Notes under the pieces: model-generated
Told to the model about the DNA's origin: nothing
What the model saw: the letters and a program-made list of their open reading frames with translations, nothing else
Database searches by the model: none
Position numbers and translations under genes: made by a program
Part shown: positions 38,148 to 50,951 of the stretch, piece after piece
Numbering within the stretch: position 1 is the first letter of the stretch
Layout: every line of letters starts with the position of its first letter
Source: Batkoa obscura
Taxonomy: Eukaryota
Length of the DNA: 64,000 nt
Reading direction: 5' to 3'
Assembly (NCBI GenBank): GCA_030770535.1
Contig: JASVEC010000015.1
Coordinates: forward strand, 806,001-870,000

Positions 38148-39038
38148 CTATAACCAAGTTATATGAAGGGCTTCTTTGAATTTTGAAAATATCAACGGGT
38201 GCTTAAATAATACAACAAGGGCGTATGCTATACCACCAAAATAGATTAGAAAAACTTTAAGGTCTGCTATAACAGTTTTTGTAATATCAGAAACATAAGG
38301 TAAAGGCTCAATAGTTGCATCCACTATCAGTAATAAAACAACTGGGAGATTGATAAATATGTAAATAAACAAAATAAGCCAAACACTTGTAAAAGAATGA
38401 ATTGACGTAAAGCTTTTAAACCCTGTATTGGAATAATTAGCTTCTAAATTTTCAAATCGAAATGGCAGTGTAGAATGATTAGCCATTCGAAATATTAATG
38501 AATAACATATAATTGATACTAATCCACCAACCACAAAAGAGAATACTAAAAAATATAAGCAGCATGCTGACAATATAGAAGTGGAAGGATAGGCTTGTAC
38601 AAATATACTAGTCTCGTTTGCTATAAGTTCTCCTTTTAAAGCAGTAGCAATAAGCAATGAAAAGTAAATAGTTGAGAAGGTTATAGGAACTAATAGTAAC
38701 TTTTTTGGGTTTTTTAGCTTGCATACAGTACGATAACGTGTAGATGCTAAACAACTTGTAAATGTACAATTTAAAAAAGGCCATGCCATATTAAAAAACC
38801 CAATTGCTTGCTTGATACTTGGATCGTTTATTGGAGATTTGTCGTATGAATAGTACAATATGATATAGATTATTAATGCAACTATTGGTATCAAATCAAC
38901 TATTGATAGAAGGATAAGATAAACTATATCTCTGGTTCTTTTTTCTATTTTGGTTATCAAATATAAAGTAGCAGTACTTGTTATTGCCAAAATGATTGAC
39001 ATAACTAATAAAATTATTCCATCAACTGTAAAGCTCAT
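38148..39038 (-). CDS. rhodopsin-like (class A-like) 7TM receptor
   Basis: Seven hydrophobic segments; TM2 LSIVD, TM3 ASTRYRTVC (DRY-like), TM6 INLP; intronless. Confidence 0.72.
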   Translation of the reverse strand: MSFTVDGIILLVMSIILAITSTATLYLITKIEKRTRDIVYLILLSIVDLIPIVALIIYIILYYSYDKSPINDPSIKQAIGFFNMAWPFLNCTFTSCLASTRYRTVCKLKNPKKLLLVPITFSTIYFSLLIATALKGELIANETSIFVQAYPSTSILSACCLYFLVFSFVVGGLVSIICYSLIFRMANHSTLPFRFENLEANYSNTGFKSFTSIHSFTSVWLILFIYIFINLPVVLLLIVDATIEPLPYVSDITKTVIADLKVFLIYFGGIAYALVVLFKHPLIFSKFKEALHITWL

Positions 39039-39658
39039 ATTGACAAATTTATTAAAAGAAAGAAAGACAAAATTTAGACTATTGACTAATTTTTTCTTAG
39101 ATAGTTCTAATTTGGATTGCTATTACCATAAATAATCTTATATAATAACAGATGTCATTTAACTGGGATAATTTGAAAAACAGATAGGGATATCCGAATT
39201 GATTTCATTTTTTCCTAATTTTTAAATTTTTGATTAAAATTACATTATTAATATATTATTATAGCTACTTAGTTTATTATATTATTATTTCAAATATAAA
39301 ACACTAAATTTTAATACTAATGTAGCTTATCTATTGGAATAGTTTAAATTTATTAAATCTGACTTCAATTTTTATATTTTATTTAAAATTTAAAATTATA
39401 GCACATTTTTATCATTTGATTAAAATAAACTTGTAAAATATACATAATAGTTAAGCAAATTATATAAAAATTAATAATTAATATAATTAAAAAATAATTT
39501 AATTTAATTTAATTAAATATATCAAATTTAAAAATATGTTTAATTTTAATAATAAAATTACATAAATCTAAATTGAGTTTATTATAGAAACTATAATCAT
39601 ATTAATTGTAGAAATATAATAGTAATTATATCACAATTTAGATAATTATAAATTATAT

Positions 39659-39753
39659 AAGGGTGTTTTTTTGACTTCATTATTTCCACTTTTTAAGCGC
39701 TGTTTAAGCGGAAAAACTGTTAGTAAAATTCTTAAACACAAAAATATATTCCC
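39659..39753. mobile_element. ~97-bp MITE
   Basis: Family core; ATAT/ATAT. Confidence 0.85.
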
Positions 39754-39992
39754 ATATGTATTAAATTACATTGTTGATTTAAAAAACATAATATAGATTT
39801 AGTTATATATAATAGCCATATCCTTACATTTAATAAGCTATTAAGCTAATTTAAAATACCAATACAGTTGTTTATCTTTATTATTTAATAAACTATACAG
39901 ATTATTATTTGCAGGTATAATTAAATAAATTTTAAGCAGTTTATTAAGTTTGTTTTTATTTTAATACTTTTTATTAAGTTTATGTATTATAT

Positions 39993-40089
39993 GGGGATGT
40001 ATTTTTATGTTTAAGGATTTTACTAACGATCTTTTTGCTCAAATAGCACTAAAAGATGGAAAAAGTGATGAAGCCAAAAAAACGCCACC
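39993..40089. mobile_element. ~97-bp MITE
   Basis: GGGGATGT...ACGCCACC; flanks ATAT/ATGT. Confidence 0.85.
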
Positions 40090-40244
40090 ATGTTAGAGTT
40101 ATATAATTACAATTTCAAAGGTTATCTAGCTAGATATCTTTTAAAATTAATAATTAAATATAATTATCTTAAAGAAATATAATCAATAATAATAATAAAT
40201 TAAATATCATAAATATATAACTTAGATATTTTTATGATATAAAA

Positions 40245-40705
40245 TGTGAAATCTGGTACTCAGTGGTTAGAGTCAAAAGCAGTTTTTGGTTGATCAGCTA
40301 GTCGTAAGTCGAAAGGTCTTAGTTCATGTAACTAAGATAGACTTGAATTATGAATAATAACATGTAATAGACTATAGACTATGTAAGACAAATATAATAA
40401 ATAGTATTACTGTAAAATCTATGCAAAACACTATTATAAAGATTTAATAGCTTTATTAAAAGTATAATACTGGGGAATGATTCAACTAAAAAGCCTCAAG
40501 TTATTATGTTGAAGAAGATCTTTTATACTCTAAGTATGAATATCAAAATGGAGAGATAATATTCTTCATGATATGAAGTTAGGGATTCTCGTAGTAAACC
40601 AAAATAAAAGGTTCGGGACTGATTATATCTGAACTCAAGAATATAACGACTTAAGTGATTGTTATATTATAACCAATCATAGAGCTAACAAAGCAATATT
40701 TCACA
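40245..40705 (-). mobile_element. solo-LTR-like element, subfamily II
   Basis: TGTGAAAT...ATTTCACA; near-exact inverted copy of 42004-42463; no TSD. Confidence 0.88.
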
Positions 40706-40863
40706 AGTATATTTAAAAGGCTTTGTGATATTTTAGTTAGTTAAAACAGTTTTAAAAAATTATTGAACTTTTTTATTAGTTTCTTATATTTTTTATTTGC
40801 TAATAACCTAAGATTGAATTTATTGCTAAAAAGTATTTTACATTTGTAAATAGTTTATAATAT

Positions 40864-40962
40864 GGGTAATGTACTTTTGTGTTTTAAGGATTTTACTAAC
40901 AATTTCCTCTCAAACAACGCTTAAAAAACGAAAAAAGTGATAAAATCAAAAAAAACATTCAC
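40864..40962. mobile_element. ~97-bp MITE (diverged)
   Basis: Family core; ATAT/ATAT. Confidence 0.8.
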
Positions 40963-41306
40963 ATATTAATTTTATAATTTAAGTTATTATTATTATAAAC
41001 ATTAATTTATTTTTTAAATTATTAGATTTTTCAGATTATTTCTATTGATATTATTATATTTAAAATGATTAATTTGTTTATTGTTTCTAAAGAGCTGATT
41101 ATTACAATTTTTTTATAATAAAGTTTAAAAATGTCATTCTCAGATTTAAATTTAAAATATTAATAGGAATATAATTATATTCAATATAATTGATATAATA
41201 TTTTTTTACTTTGGTTCTATTTTTAAACTTTAAAAGTGGAGTTTAAGGGTTTTGATCATTCAAATAATATTATAAATATCATGGTATAGATTTATAAAAA
41301 AGCTAG

Positions 41307-41765
41307 TGTGAAATCTGGTACTCAGGGTTTGGAGTCAAGAACAAATATTGCTGGGTTGACTACACTACAAGTCGAAAGGTCTTAGTTTATGTGACTAAGA
41401 TAGACTTGGATTATAAAGAATAGCACGTAACAGGTTACAAGCTATATAAGACAAATAGAATAGACAATATAATGTAAATCTATGTAAAATACTATTAAGA
41501 AAACTTAGTGGTTTCATTAAATGTTCGAGATATCAGGGAATAATTCAGTTAAAAAGCCTCGAACTACTATACTCTATAAACTCTTTTATACTCTGAAAAG
41601 TATAAATATCAAAATGAGATAATATTCTTTGGGATGGAGCTAGAAATTCTCATAACAAATCAAAATAAGAATATGGGATTGATTTTCTCTGAACTCGAGA
41701 ACACAACAGCTTAGGCGATTGTTATGCTATAATTAACCATAGGACTGACAAAGCGATATTTCACA
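41307..41765 (-). mobile_element. solo-LTR-like element, subfamily I
   Basis: TGTGAAAT...ATTTCACA; 4-bp TSD CTAG/CTAG. Confidence 0.9.
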
Positions 41766-42003
41766 CTAGCAATAAAAATAAGCAAGTTTTATTAAAACTA
41801 GATGTAAGTTAATAATAAACAGTTTTTCATAAAATACAAAGGCATTAATATAATGCTTAATATTTTTGATAAAACTTTTGAGCTTATTTTTGTTATAATT
41901 AAAAACAAGCATACAACTTTTCTTGCTTTTATTTTAAAATAAAAATAATCAATAAAAGCACCTTTTAGAGTATTTTGATTAATTGTAGTATAGTTTAATA
42001 AAG

Positions 42004-42463
42004 TGCGAAATATTGCTTTGTTAGCTCTATGATTGGTTATAATATAACAATCACTTAAGTTGTTATATTCTTGAGTTCAGATACAATCAGTCCCGAACCT
42101 TTTATTTTGGTTTACTACGAGAATCCCTAACTTCATATCATGAAGAACATTATCTCCCATTTTGATATTCATACTTAGAGTATAAAAGATCTTCTTCAAC
42201 ATAATAACTTGAGGCTTTTTAGTTGAATCATTCCCCAGTACTATACTTTTAATAAAGCTATTAAATCTTTATAATAGTGTTTTACATAGATTTTACAGTA
42301 ATACTATTTATCATATTTGTCTTACATAGTCTATAGTCTATTACATGTTATTATTCATAATTCAAGTCTATCTTAGTTACATGAACTAAGACCTTTCGAC
42401 TTACGACTAGCTGATCAACCAAAAACTGCTTTTGACTCTAACCACTGAGTACCAGATTCCACA
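42004..42463 (+). mobile_element. solo-LTR-like element, subfamily II
   Basis: TGCGAAATAT...AGATTCCACA; no TSD. Confidence 0.88.
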
Positions 42464-42924
42464 TAGTCAAAATGTTTAAAACAAATTAAAACAACTTAAA
42501 AAATAAAACAATAATAAATTCAAGTTTTTAATTAACTAATTAAACTTAAAGTGAAGCTTTTTAATAAAAGGTAGTATAATATTATTTATTTCTTTATGTA
42601 GTTGTTTTTTAACTTAATTTCTATATAGCAAATATTTTTATTTAAATTTAATAAACTAACTATAACATATATATATTTCAGGATAGGAATCCAAATATAT
42701 CTTTGAATTTATAAAAAATAGTCAATAATAAATTTGAAAGTTGATTTATAAAATATTTAAAATAAGTCCTAGTAAAAAATTAGGACATGAAATTTTAAAA
42801 ATGAATGATGAAAAAATTCAAGTGATCTATTTTCTTATAACTGAGGATGCTTTAAAGGAGTAGTTCATTTTAACAAAAACTTAATGTTTAAAATTTTATT
42901 TAAAATTAACTCTTTTGTATATTT

Positions 42925-43015
42925 GTGGATGTATTTTGAAGAATTCTACTAACAATCTTTCCACTTAAATAACGCTTAAAAAATCGAAAAGTAATGAAAT
43001 CAATAAAAAATCCTC
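42925..43015. mobile_element. ~97-bp MITE (diverged, short)
   Basis: GTGGATGTATTTT...AATCCTC with the family core. Confidence 0.72.
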
Positions 43016-44196
43016 ACTTATAAAAAGTTTGCTGAAATAATTCATAAACTTCCATTTTCTCCTATTATTAGTTGTAATATAAAAGTGAATCTTTTTATTC
43101 ATTAAAACTATTTTTATTTAACTTTTAAAACCCATAGAAATTATAATGTAAATTAACGTACCTATATAAAGTCACTTAAGTTAATTCGTTGTCAGATAAA
43201 CCAGTATTATTTTAGTACCAGTAGCTGTACCAAAATCTATTATGTAACCTGATAGCAAAATGTTTAAATCAACTACTTTATTTTCAAAAAAAATAGGAAA
43301 AAACGATCTCATAATATGAATGAAAACAATCTCACTTTACTAAAAATAGAGTTTGTTGAATTTGTTTTATGACTTCAACTTTATATTACTTAATCTGGCT
43401 AAATTTTAAGAATTTACTCTACTTTTTTTGATAGCCAATTATATATATTGAACCTACATTGGGGCAAAAATAAGCTTGCATCTCTAAAATAATAAGGGCT
43501 TATCTATACTGTTGGATTATTAACATTAATGGTATTGTAATTAATATTGTTAATAATGTTTTATCTTAAATATTATGTTCAATCTATTTATAATTTCAGT
43601 TTAAGTAAATATTTTATATTAATTAAATTATATCATTTAAAAGGTCAATATAATACGTGATTGTTTTGAACTTTGTACTTTTACATTAAGTTTAAATTTA
43701 TTATCAAAATTATTAAACAGATTAAAAATAACTTTATTTTTAAAGTAAAATTGTATATATAAATTTATATAGTATTATTTTTGAATCATTATTGCACTAT
43801 TTTGAAACTGTAGGCTGCTCTCTAATTTTGACAGCATTCCTATTTATAATATAAATAATTATATTCTTTTCTACTAAGTATAAAATAAATACAGGGGTTT
43901 GTCTTAAATTAAACCATAGTAAATTTAATTGGAAACAGCTACCTGATGCTCACTTGTGTTTTTTTATAAAACAAATTCAATATTTATATCTTTCAACTGA
44001 AATCATATAGCTTGTAGTGTGAAAACGATGATATTTTAAGGAGCTCTTTATTAAAAATAAGGATAGATACGAAATTCCTGAATTTTGATTTTTCCGTTAA
44101 CTAGCCAATAAAATGGAATGATTCCATATTCAACATGAAGTATAAAGAACAACTAAATTGAACTTTTTACTACTCAGGATCTTTCTTTCTTTTGAA

Positions 44197-45828
44197 ATGG
44201 TAGACAATTTACAAATAACAAGGACGTCTAACCGATGTGATCAATGTGCTACAAAAAACATAGGATGTGATCGAACGCTCCCAAGCTGTAAAAAATGTAT
44301 CAAAAGTAACTTAAAATGTACGTTTACCCGAGAACTAAAGAAGAAAAATAAGCTTTATTTTATGGATAAAGGGATCATTAAGTTTAAACAAACAGATAAG
44401 AAAGTGGAAGATAAAAAAACAAATCGGTATGCAATAGTTAAAGAAATAAGAACTATTAATAATCCAATAAATAGTTTATTTAATGTAAAAGATTTTTACG
44501 CTTTACATAATATTTTAACTATCTTGCAATACCCCGATGCCAGAAGTAATAACAATAGTACCAACTTGATTATTAAGTTTTCAGAAATGGTTTCAAGTGG
44601 TGTAATTCGTCCAAAACTAAGTTTACTACCAAAGCCAAACATAAACTACAATGTATTTGAAACTATTTTATCAGATGCAGTAACTTATTTTTTAAATAAT
44701 CAAAAATATTGTATGTTGTTTCAAAAAGAAAATTTTGATATACATAATAAAAGCGAAATACTGAAGTTAGCAATATGGTGCAGTGGAATTATACATAAAA
44801 AAGATACAGCAAGTATAAGGACTGTAGAGTATTTTGAAAGCGAATTGAAGTCATTATGCTATAGTTTAATTAATTTGGCACCAACTCTACAGAACTTACA
44901 GGCGTTGCTAATCATTATTTATAATCTACATGAGTTTAAATGGGTCACTAACTTATTGTTTAAAATTATTCACTGGTGTTTAAATACAGCAAAATTAATT
45001 GGATTACCATTTAGTTTTAAAGGTGTCAGTAAGGAACTTCAATTACAACGCCAATTGGCTTACTGCCAATTATTGTTTATTGGCTGCGTCACCTCCCTTG
45101 TAAGCTTTGGGTTTATTCCAATTCCAGCCAAATTAACAACAAGCAATTTACAAATTTATTTGACTTTGAAAAAGGCTACTTTAACTCAAATTATTACTGA
45201 TTATCACGATCATGATTTAATCTTTGTCTCAAGTCTTATCTTCTCGGATTTTTTGGCAGGTTTCAATAATACGGTATACTGCTTACATCAACTCAAAAAC
45301 CAGCCTATCTCCCTTCGATTTCAAGATTTAGTTGGGATCACTCATAAGCTTATTCTTAAACAAGAACAGTTGTACACTCTTGCAATAACTAAACTGGAGT
45401 ACTTGTATGAAGTTCACAAGGATTCAGAAAGTCAAGAACATATAAAAAACATTCAATTATTAGTCCAGGTTTGTAATAATTTCATTAAATATTTCATCAA
45501 TTCTTTGTTTTTTTATCATTCCAAAACACCCTTGAACTCCCTTACCTATCCCATTATGGTCAACATCGTGTCTTATTGCAAGCTGCTGATAATTTCTTTT
45601 GATGCTATACATCCAACTTACTTACCACAATTTGTTTATGCATTCTTTTCACAACCTATTGTATTTTTACTGAGAAACCAATATCTTTTGGACGATAAAT
45701 CTATCGTTGAAACTATTTACCAAACCTGTTTAAAAAGATTTGATGCTTTAAATGCCTCCCAGTTGGCTTCTATTCATTCCAAAGCAAATGCCGGTTTAAT
45801 TAAAGAAATTAAATCATCTATACTTTAG
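44197..45828 (+). CDS. Zn(II)2Cys6 binuclear-cluster transcription factor
   Basis: CDQCATKNIGCDRTLPSCKKCIKSNLKCTF (C-x2-C-x6-C-x6-C-x2-C-x6-C); first ATG at 44197 (the ORF-track start is TTG). Confidence 0.9.
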   Translation: MVDNLQITRTSNRCDQCATKNIGCDRTLPSCKKCIKSNLKCTFTRELKKKNKLYFMDKGIIKFKQTDKKVEDKKTNRYAIVKEIRTINNPINSLFNVKDFYALHNILTILQYPDARSNNNSTNLIIKFSEMVSSGVIRPKLSLLPKPNINYNVFETILSDAVTYFLNNQKYCMLFQKENFDIHNKSEILKLAIWCSGIIHKKDTASIRTVEYFESELKSLCYSLINLAPTLQNLQALLIIIYNLHEFKWVTNLLFKIIHWCLNTAKLIGLPFSFKGVSKELQLQRQLAYCQLLFIGCVTSLVSFGFIPIPAKLTTSNLQIYLTLKKATLTQIITDYHDHDLIFVSSLIFSDFLAGFNNTVYCLHQLKNQPISLRFQDLVGITHKLILKQEQLYTLAITKLEYLYEVHKDSESQEHIKNIQLLVQVCNNFIKYFINSLFFYHSKTPLNSLTYPIMVNIVSYCKLLIISFDAIHPTYLPQFVYAFFSQPIVFLLRNQYLLDDKSIVETIYQTCLKRFDALNASQLASIHSKANAGLIKEIKSSIL

Positions 45829-46963
45829 TTGACATACATTTTGTTCGCGCTATGCAAAGTATATTGTTATTGTGAGTTTCTAAGCAAAACAACATTGATG
45901 TCCGTGTTTTTATTAAATGGTATTATATATTCTTATTCTTAGGAACTATTGAAAGTAGAATTTGGATTTAATTAGATAAATAAAGTTAGCTTTTTTAAAC
46001 ATACTAAGCCAATAAAAACAAGGCAGTGATTTATTTCAAGAAAGTCAATATTTAGAAAAAGTTTAAATTGTATCCCGCCCTATAGGCGCCACGAAAGAGA
46101 CAAAGACTATATGACCATTTAGCGCCTTTTTTAGATCTAGACGCAAGCGTGAGTATATGTCTATATTACCTAAAAAATAAAGTTTTCTATTGGAATATTA
46201 AAGTAGACACTGAGAGTGGAGAGTCAATAGCTTCGAAATTTACATCATAGAAGTTCTATAAAGAATTCAAGTTGTAAAATCCGAGAACAATGAAAAGAAA
46301 TCAGATACTTCGGATAGTAAACTACAAATCAAGTTGAAAATAAAATTGATTGCCGGGATTGAGTAGAGGACCAATTCAGAAGATAGATCCATACGCAATC
46401 CAAAAAACTGTTGTATAGGCAATCCACAAATCTACATGATAGAAAGCCATCTCTATGCCTACAACCAAAAAGACAAGTGTTATTAGATAAGGCTTCGGAG
46501 TGGCAGATTTAGGGTATTGTGGTATAGCTACTTAGCGAAGCATATCATAGTGCTAAGGTTGATTTAGGTGCTAGTCTCTTATCCATTACTATTGTAATTC
46601 CTTTCTTTAATGATTTGTTAGATGAACAAAATAAAAAATAACTCTCCTTTGTTAAATAAATAGTATTTTTAATTTTTAGTTTTAAAATTTTATCTATATG
46701 TCTCATCCAGAGTTTTATTAGGATTTTTTTGGTAAGTTGTTTGATTTTTAAATATTCAAGTTGGATGATCAGACATATATGTGTAAAATATCAGAATATT
46801 AAAAAAGGTATATGGATTTCAGAATATTTAAAAAAACTAAAATAGCAGATATTTTTCAAAGCTTAAGTCTGGAAAATAGTCTTAAGACACACTTATTCAA
46901 AATAAATTTATGATTAACTTTTTAAAAAATACAACTTTAAAATGTTTAATATTATTATCCTGG

Positions 46964-47423
46964 TGTGAAATATCGCTTTGTCAGTCCTATGGTTAATTAT
47001 AGCATAACAATCGCCCAAGCTGTTGTGTTCTTGAGTTCAGATACAATCAGTCCCGAACCTTTTATTTTGGTTTACTACGAGAATCCCTAACTTCATATCA
47101 TGAAGAACATTATCTCCCCATTTTGATATTCATACTTAGAGTATAAAAGATCTTCTTCAACATAATAACTTGAGGCTTTTTAGTTGAATCATTCCCCAGT
47201 ACTATACTTTTAATAAAGCTATTAAATCTTTATAATAGTGTTTTACATAGATTTTACAGTAATACTATTTATCATATTTGTCTTACATAGTCTATAGTCT
47301 ATTACATGTTATTATTCATAATTCAAGTCTATCTTAGTTACATGAACTAAGACCTTTCGACTTACGACTAGCTGATCAACCAAAAACTGCTTTTGACTCT
47401 AACCACTGAGTACCAGATTCACA
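46964..47423 (+). mobile_element. solo-LTR-like element, chimeric (subfamily I start, subfamily II body)
   Basis: First ~65 bp match the 41307-type end; remainder near-identical to 42004-42463; no TSD. Confidence 0.88.
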
Positions 47424-47717
47424 TAGTCAAAATGTCTAAAACAAATAAAATAGATAGTATTATTATAAAGTTTGTATAAAAGACTATGATTATTGTATTA
47501 AAAAAATCATATCTTAATTAAGTAGTTATATATAAGGAATACAATAATAATAATTTTTTATTATAATTACCAAATATAGTCATTAAAACAAAAAAATAAC
47601 ATTTTTATAACTAACATAAATCTTTATAGCAAATTTAAATAAAAAGCTTATATGAATTATAATAAACCGATTCCAAAACTTTAATTAGTTTTTTAAGTAA
47701 TTTAATAGTTATTATAT

Positions 47718-47816
47718 GAGAGTGTTTTTTTTGACTTCATTATTTTTTCCATTTTTTAAGCGCCATTTAAGCGGAAAATTTGTTAGTCAAATTCTTAAAC
47801 ACAAAAATACATCCCC
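47718..47816. mobile_element. ~97-bp MITE, GAGAGTG subfamily
   Basis: ATAT/ATAT. Confidence 0.9.
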
Positions 47817-48465
47817 ATATTATGAATAATTATAAAGCTGGTAGAACGATCTTTTTTAATAATAAAGTATTTGGTACAAGGTTACATTTTAATAATGTTA
47901 AATATAATTATAATGTATGGTGATGTCCAAATTGATTTTAGAATTTAGTTAAAGATTAATCCAAATTTTAAGTTTTTAAATTTATGAGCCCTTAATATAT
48001 GACTGTAAGTTTGAGAAGCTTAAAATCATATATTTTCTACTTAAAAAATTTATTCCAATTGTTTTGTTTTTTTATACGATTAAAAAAAATAACCATATGG
48101 CTTATACTACTTTTATTAAATATTTGATAGATATATAATATATTTATATATAGTTATTTGACTTTATTTTTTATTGAAATTAAGACGAAACCCAAACTTT
48201 TATAGTTAAACTTCGAAATGGAATTTTTAAAAATTTTAATATAATAGGGAAAAGCACATTATATAAGCGTTATAATTTATTTGTATCAATTTTAACAACT
48301 ATTTAAAATAACCCAGAGTTTATGAGGTTTCCTAATAAAAAAAGTATAATTAAAGTTTATTATTATCAATAATAAACTTAATCAAGCAATGTATAAAATT
48401 AGTGTTTTAAGGGAAATAAAAAATAAAAAGAGTTAGCATTATTATTAACTATAGCTTCAGTATAT

Positions 48466-48564
48466 GGGGGTGTTTTTTTTGGCTTCATCATTTTTTCCAT
48501 CTTTTAAGCGCCATTTGAGCGGAAAAATTATTAGCAAAATTCTTAAATACAGAAATACATCCCC
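48466..48564. mobile_element. ~97-bp MITE inserted in transposase remnant
   Basis: The intact element's empty site reads GCTTCAGTATATTCTTTTG; here ATAT is duplicated around the MITE. Confidence 0.95.
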
Positions 48565-48722
48565 ATATTCTTTTGGTGAATGTAAAAGCTTTAGATTTAA
48601 TATAAGTAAAAATCAATATGATTATTCAAAAATAAGTAATAATGGTAATAAAATATTAACGTTACAACCTATCATTAAAAATACAAAAAAAACTAAAGAT
48701 GAACAAATTGAAACTATTATAC

Positions 48723-48821
48723 GAGAGTGTTTTTTTTGACTTCGTTATTTTTTCCATTTTTTAAGCGCTGTTTAAGCGGAAAATTTGTTAGTAAAATTCT
48801 TAAACACAAAAATACATCCCC
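48723..48821. mobile_element. ~97-bp MITE, GAGAGTG subfamily, at the deletion breakpoint
   Basis: Flanks differ (ATAC/ATAA). Confidence 0.9.
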
Positions 48822-49376
48822 ATAAGATAATGATAAAATAATTTAAAGCTGTGTCAGGTACTTTTGCTTTTTAATAGAGAATTTATTTTTATAGAATTTT
48901 AATCAAAGTTTTAAAGTATAAAATTTTTCAAAATTAATGGAAATGAAACTAATTCGGACACCTCCATATTTAAAAAGTAAACTAATTTTTATAAAAACTT
49001 TTTTTAAAAAACAATAACAAAAAATATTAGTTTCTATTAGCTGATAAAAAATATAAAAAAATTAGAAATTAGATATAAAAGTTTTATTAATATAATATTA
49101 TAACTTATAATAAACTATTAATAGATTCTTATCAGCTTTTGATCAATTATATTAAATTATAATAATAATAATATAAGGATATTTTTTTGATTTCATCACT
49201 TCCATTTTTTAAGTGTATAAACTTTTTACAATTTAATTTGAAACAAAAAAGCTATCTGTTCATTTTTTTTAGTATTTTTAAAATTTTTGGTTAGCTCTAT
49301 ATATAGTAAGGTTTGAGATTGAAGCATTGATCTAAAAACACTAGTTTATTTATTGGTAACAGAATAGCTCTTAATC

Positions 49377-50951
49377 TTAAGAAGTGCCATTAGGGTTAGG
49401 TGTAGTAATGACATCTTTAAAGCATTCTTCAACTAAGTTGAAAGGCTTGCTTGTAATAGATTCTTCTAAGTAAGCTTCAAAACCACCAATAAGATTCAAT
49501 TTCTTATCTAAAAAGTTCAAGAAGCTAGTAAGTTTACAGGTACCATTACACCAAGAAGTTATTAATGGGTTTCCATTATAAAAAGCTCTCAAATGGAATT
49601 GGTCTAAATCTTTAGAAGTGCAATCCTTCTTCCACAACTCAAATTGCATGTTGGAAGAGTATGGTGGCCAGCGCATATCGGTGGCATTGATAGCACCTAA
49701 CAATGGAATGATGGAGGTATCATGGGCGGAGTAATAGTACAATTTCTTTAATTCACCCATTTGTTTGATGCTACTATGATTATAATCAACAAGTTTCTTA
49801 CTATCAATGTTCTTAGCAACGTGGGATAATAGAGTACGCTTCATTTCTAATAAAAAGGCACCCATTCTTAATTTAGCTAAGCTTGGGAATTGGTGTTCAT
49901 TATCACGGAACAATAAACGATATTGAGTATTTCCAGCAACCATAGTGTTATCAATAATCTCTTGGGTAACGCATTTGGAGCCATCTTTAAGGTTACAGAT
50001 AGCTGGCATTTTATGGCAGGTTCTAGCCTGTAAGATATCAGTGAAATAAGCAAAATCATAGGCTTTAGCGTATTCTACACGCTTGGTAGTATTGCTATCA
50101 ACTACAATTGATAAAAAGTTTTTTCTATCAACTAAAGTCTGATTTAATAACTTTTGCATTGGGACGGATTCACGTACTTTTAACTCCAAGTTTGCTAAGT
50201 TAGGACAATTCTTTGGGTTAGGTAAAATGTATTCAGTTTCAGTTGGTAAAGAATAGATAGGTAATTCGTACTTTTTGAACTGTTGAGGAGTAAATTGTTG
50301 GTTATAATTATATGGGAACATACCCGACATTAAAGAGATAGCAGATTGATGTGTACGCCATACATCAGTAGCTCTAACAAACACATCCTTCTTGGCTGAG
50401 TGCCAGTCTTTGTTTAAGAATTTCAGTTGTTCAATGTAGATTTTATTTAAGTTTTGGCCCAACTTAAATTGATAAGCCATACCCTTAGGTGTCAATTGGC
50501 CGGTGGAACAGCTACCTGGCCAGTATAGGCTGGAGTAAGGGTTTAAACTACAGTAGTTAAATGGGGAATCGGCAGGATTACAACTGTTCTTAAAATATTT
50601 AGTACTTTGAACAAAGGTTACGTTGTGGACATGGGTTTGTTCTAAAGCACAATTCCAGGCATCTTTCTCATGACCTTGTGGTAAATAATTGATAGGAGTA
50701 CGATCACCATGACGTCCCATCCATATGGTAGTGATTAATTTACCATCTTTAAACTAAAGTATAAAAATCAATTAATTTATGTTACTTTTGTTACTATTTA
50801 ATTGAATTACCAAAGGTTTGTAAGTTTCAGGGTTTGGTAAACCAGCTTCACAGTAAGTGTATCCACCTGTAAGTTGATCAGATGCAGGTGCATCAAACTC
50901 AGCGTTAACTAATACTAAACTAGTTAAAATTAAAAGGTTGTTAACCAACAT
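49377..50951 (-). CDS. secreted histidine acid phosphatase (branch 2), 1 intron
   Basis: ATG 50949-50951, signal peptide MLVNNLLILTSLVLVNA; intron 50754-50810; RHGDRTP and SAHDT motifs. Confidence 0.92.

Larger units (their letters stand above)
47919..48965 (+). mobile_element. internally deleted, decayed Sola2-like copy containing two MITEs
   Basis: TIRs GGTGATGTCCAAATTGATTTTA and TGAAACTAATTCGGACACCTCC; flanks GTAT/ATAT; degenerate transposase 5' region ~48190-48722. Confidence 0.85.

Noticed and set aside
46075..46570. Higher-GC tract after the Zn2Cys6 gene as an RNA gene or CDS
   Set aside because: No tRNA/rRNA signature, and the frames I read contain stops or no recognisable motif. Probably a decayed gene; needs BLASTX.
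42004..47423. Complete LTR retrotransposon that captured the Zn2Cys6 gene
   Set aside because: No gag/pol, no convincing PBS or PPT, outer flanks (AAAG/TAGT) are not a TSD, and the two LTRs differ in their first ~65 bp.
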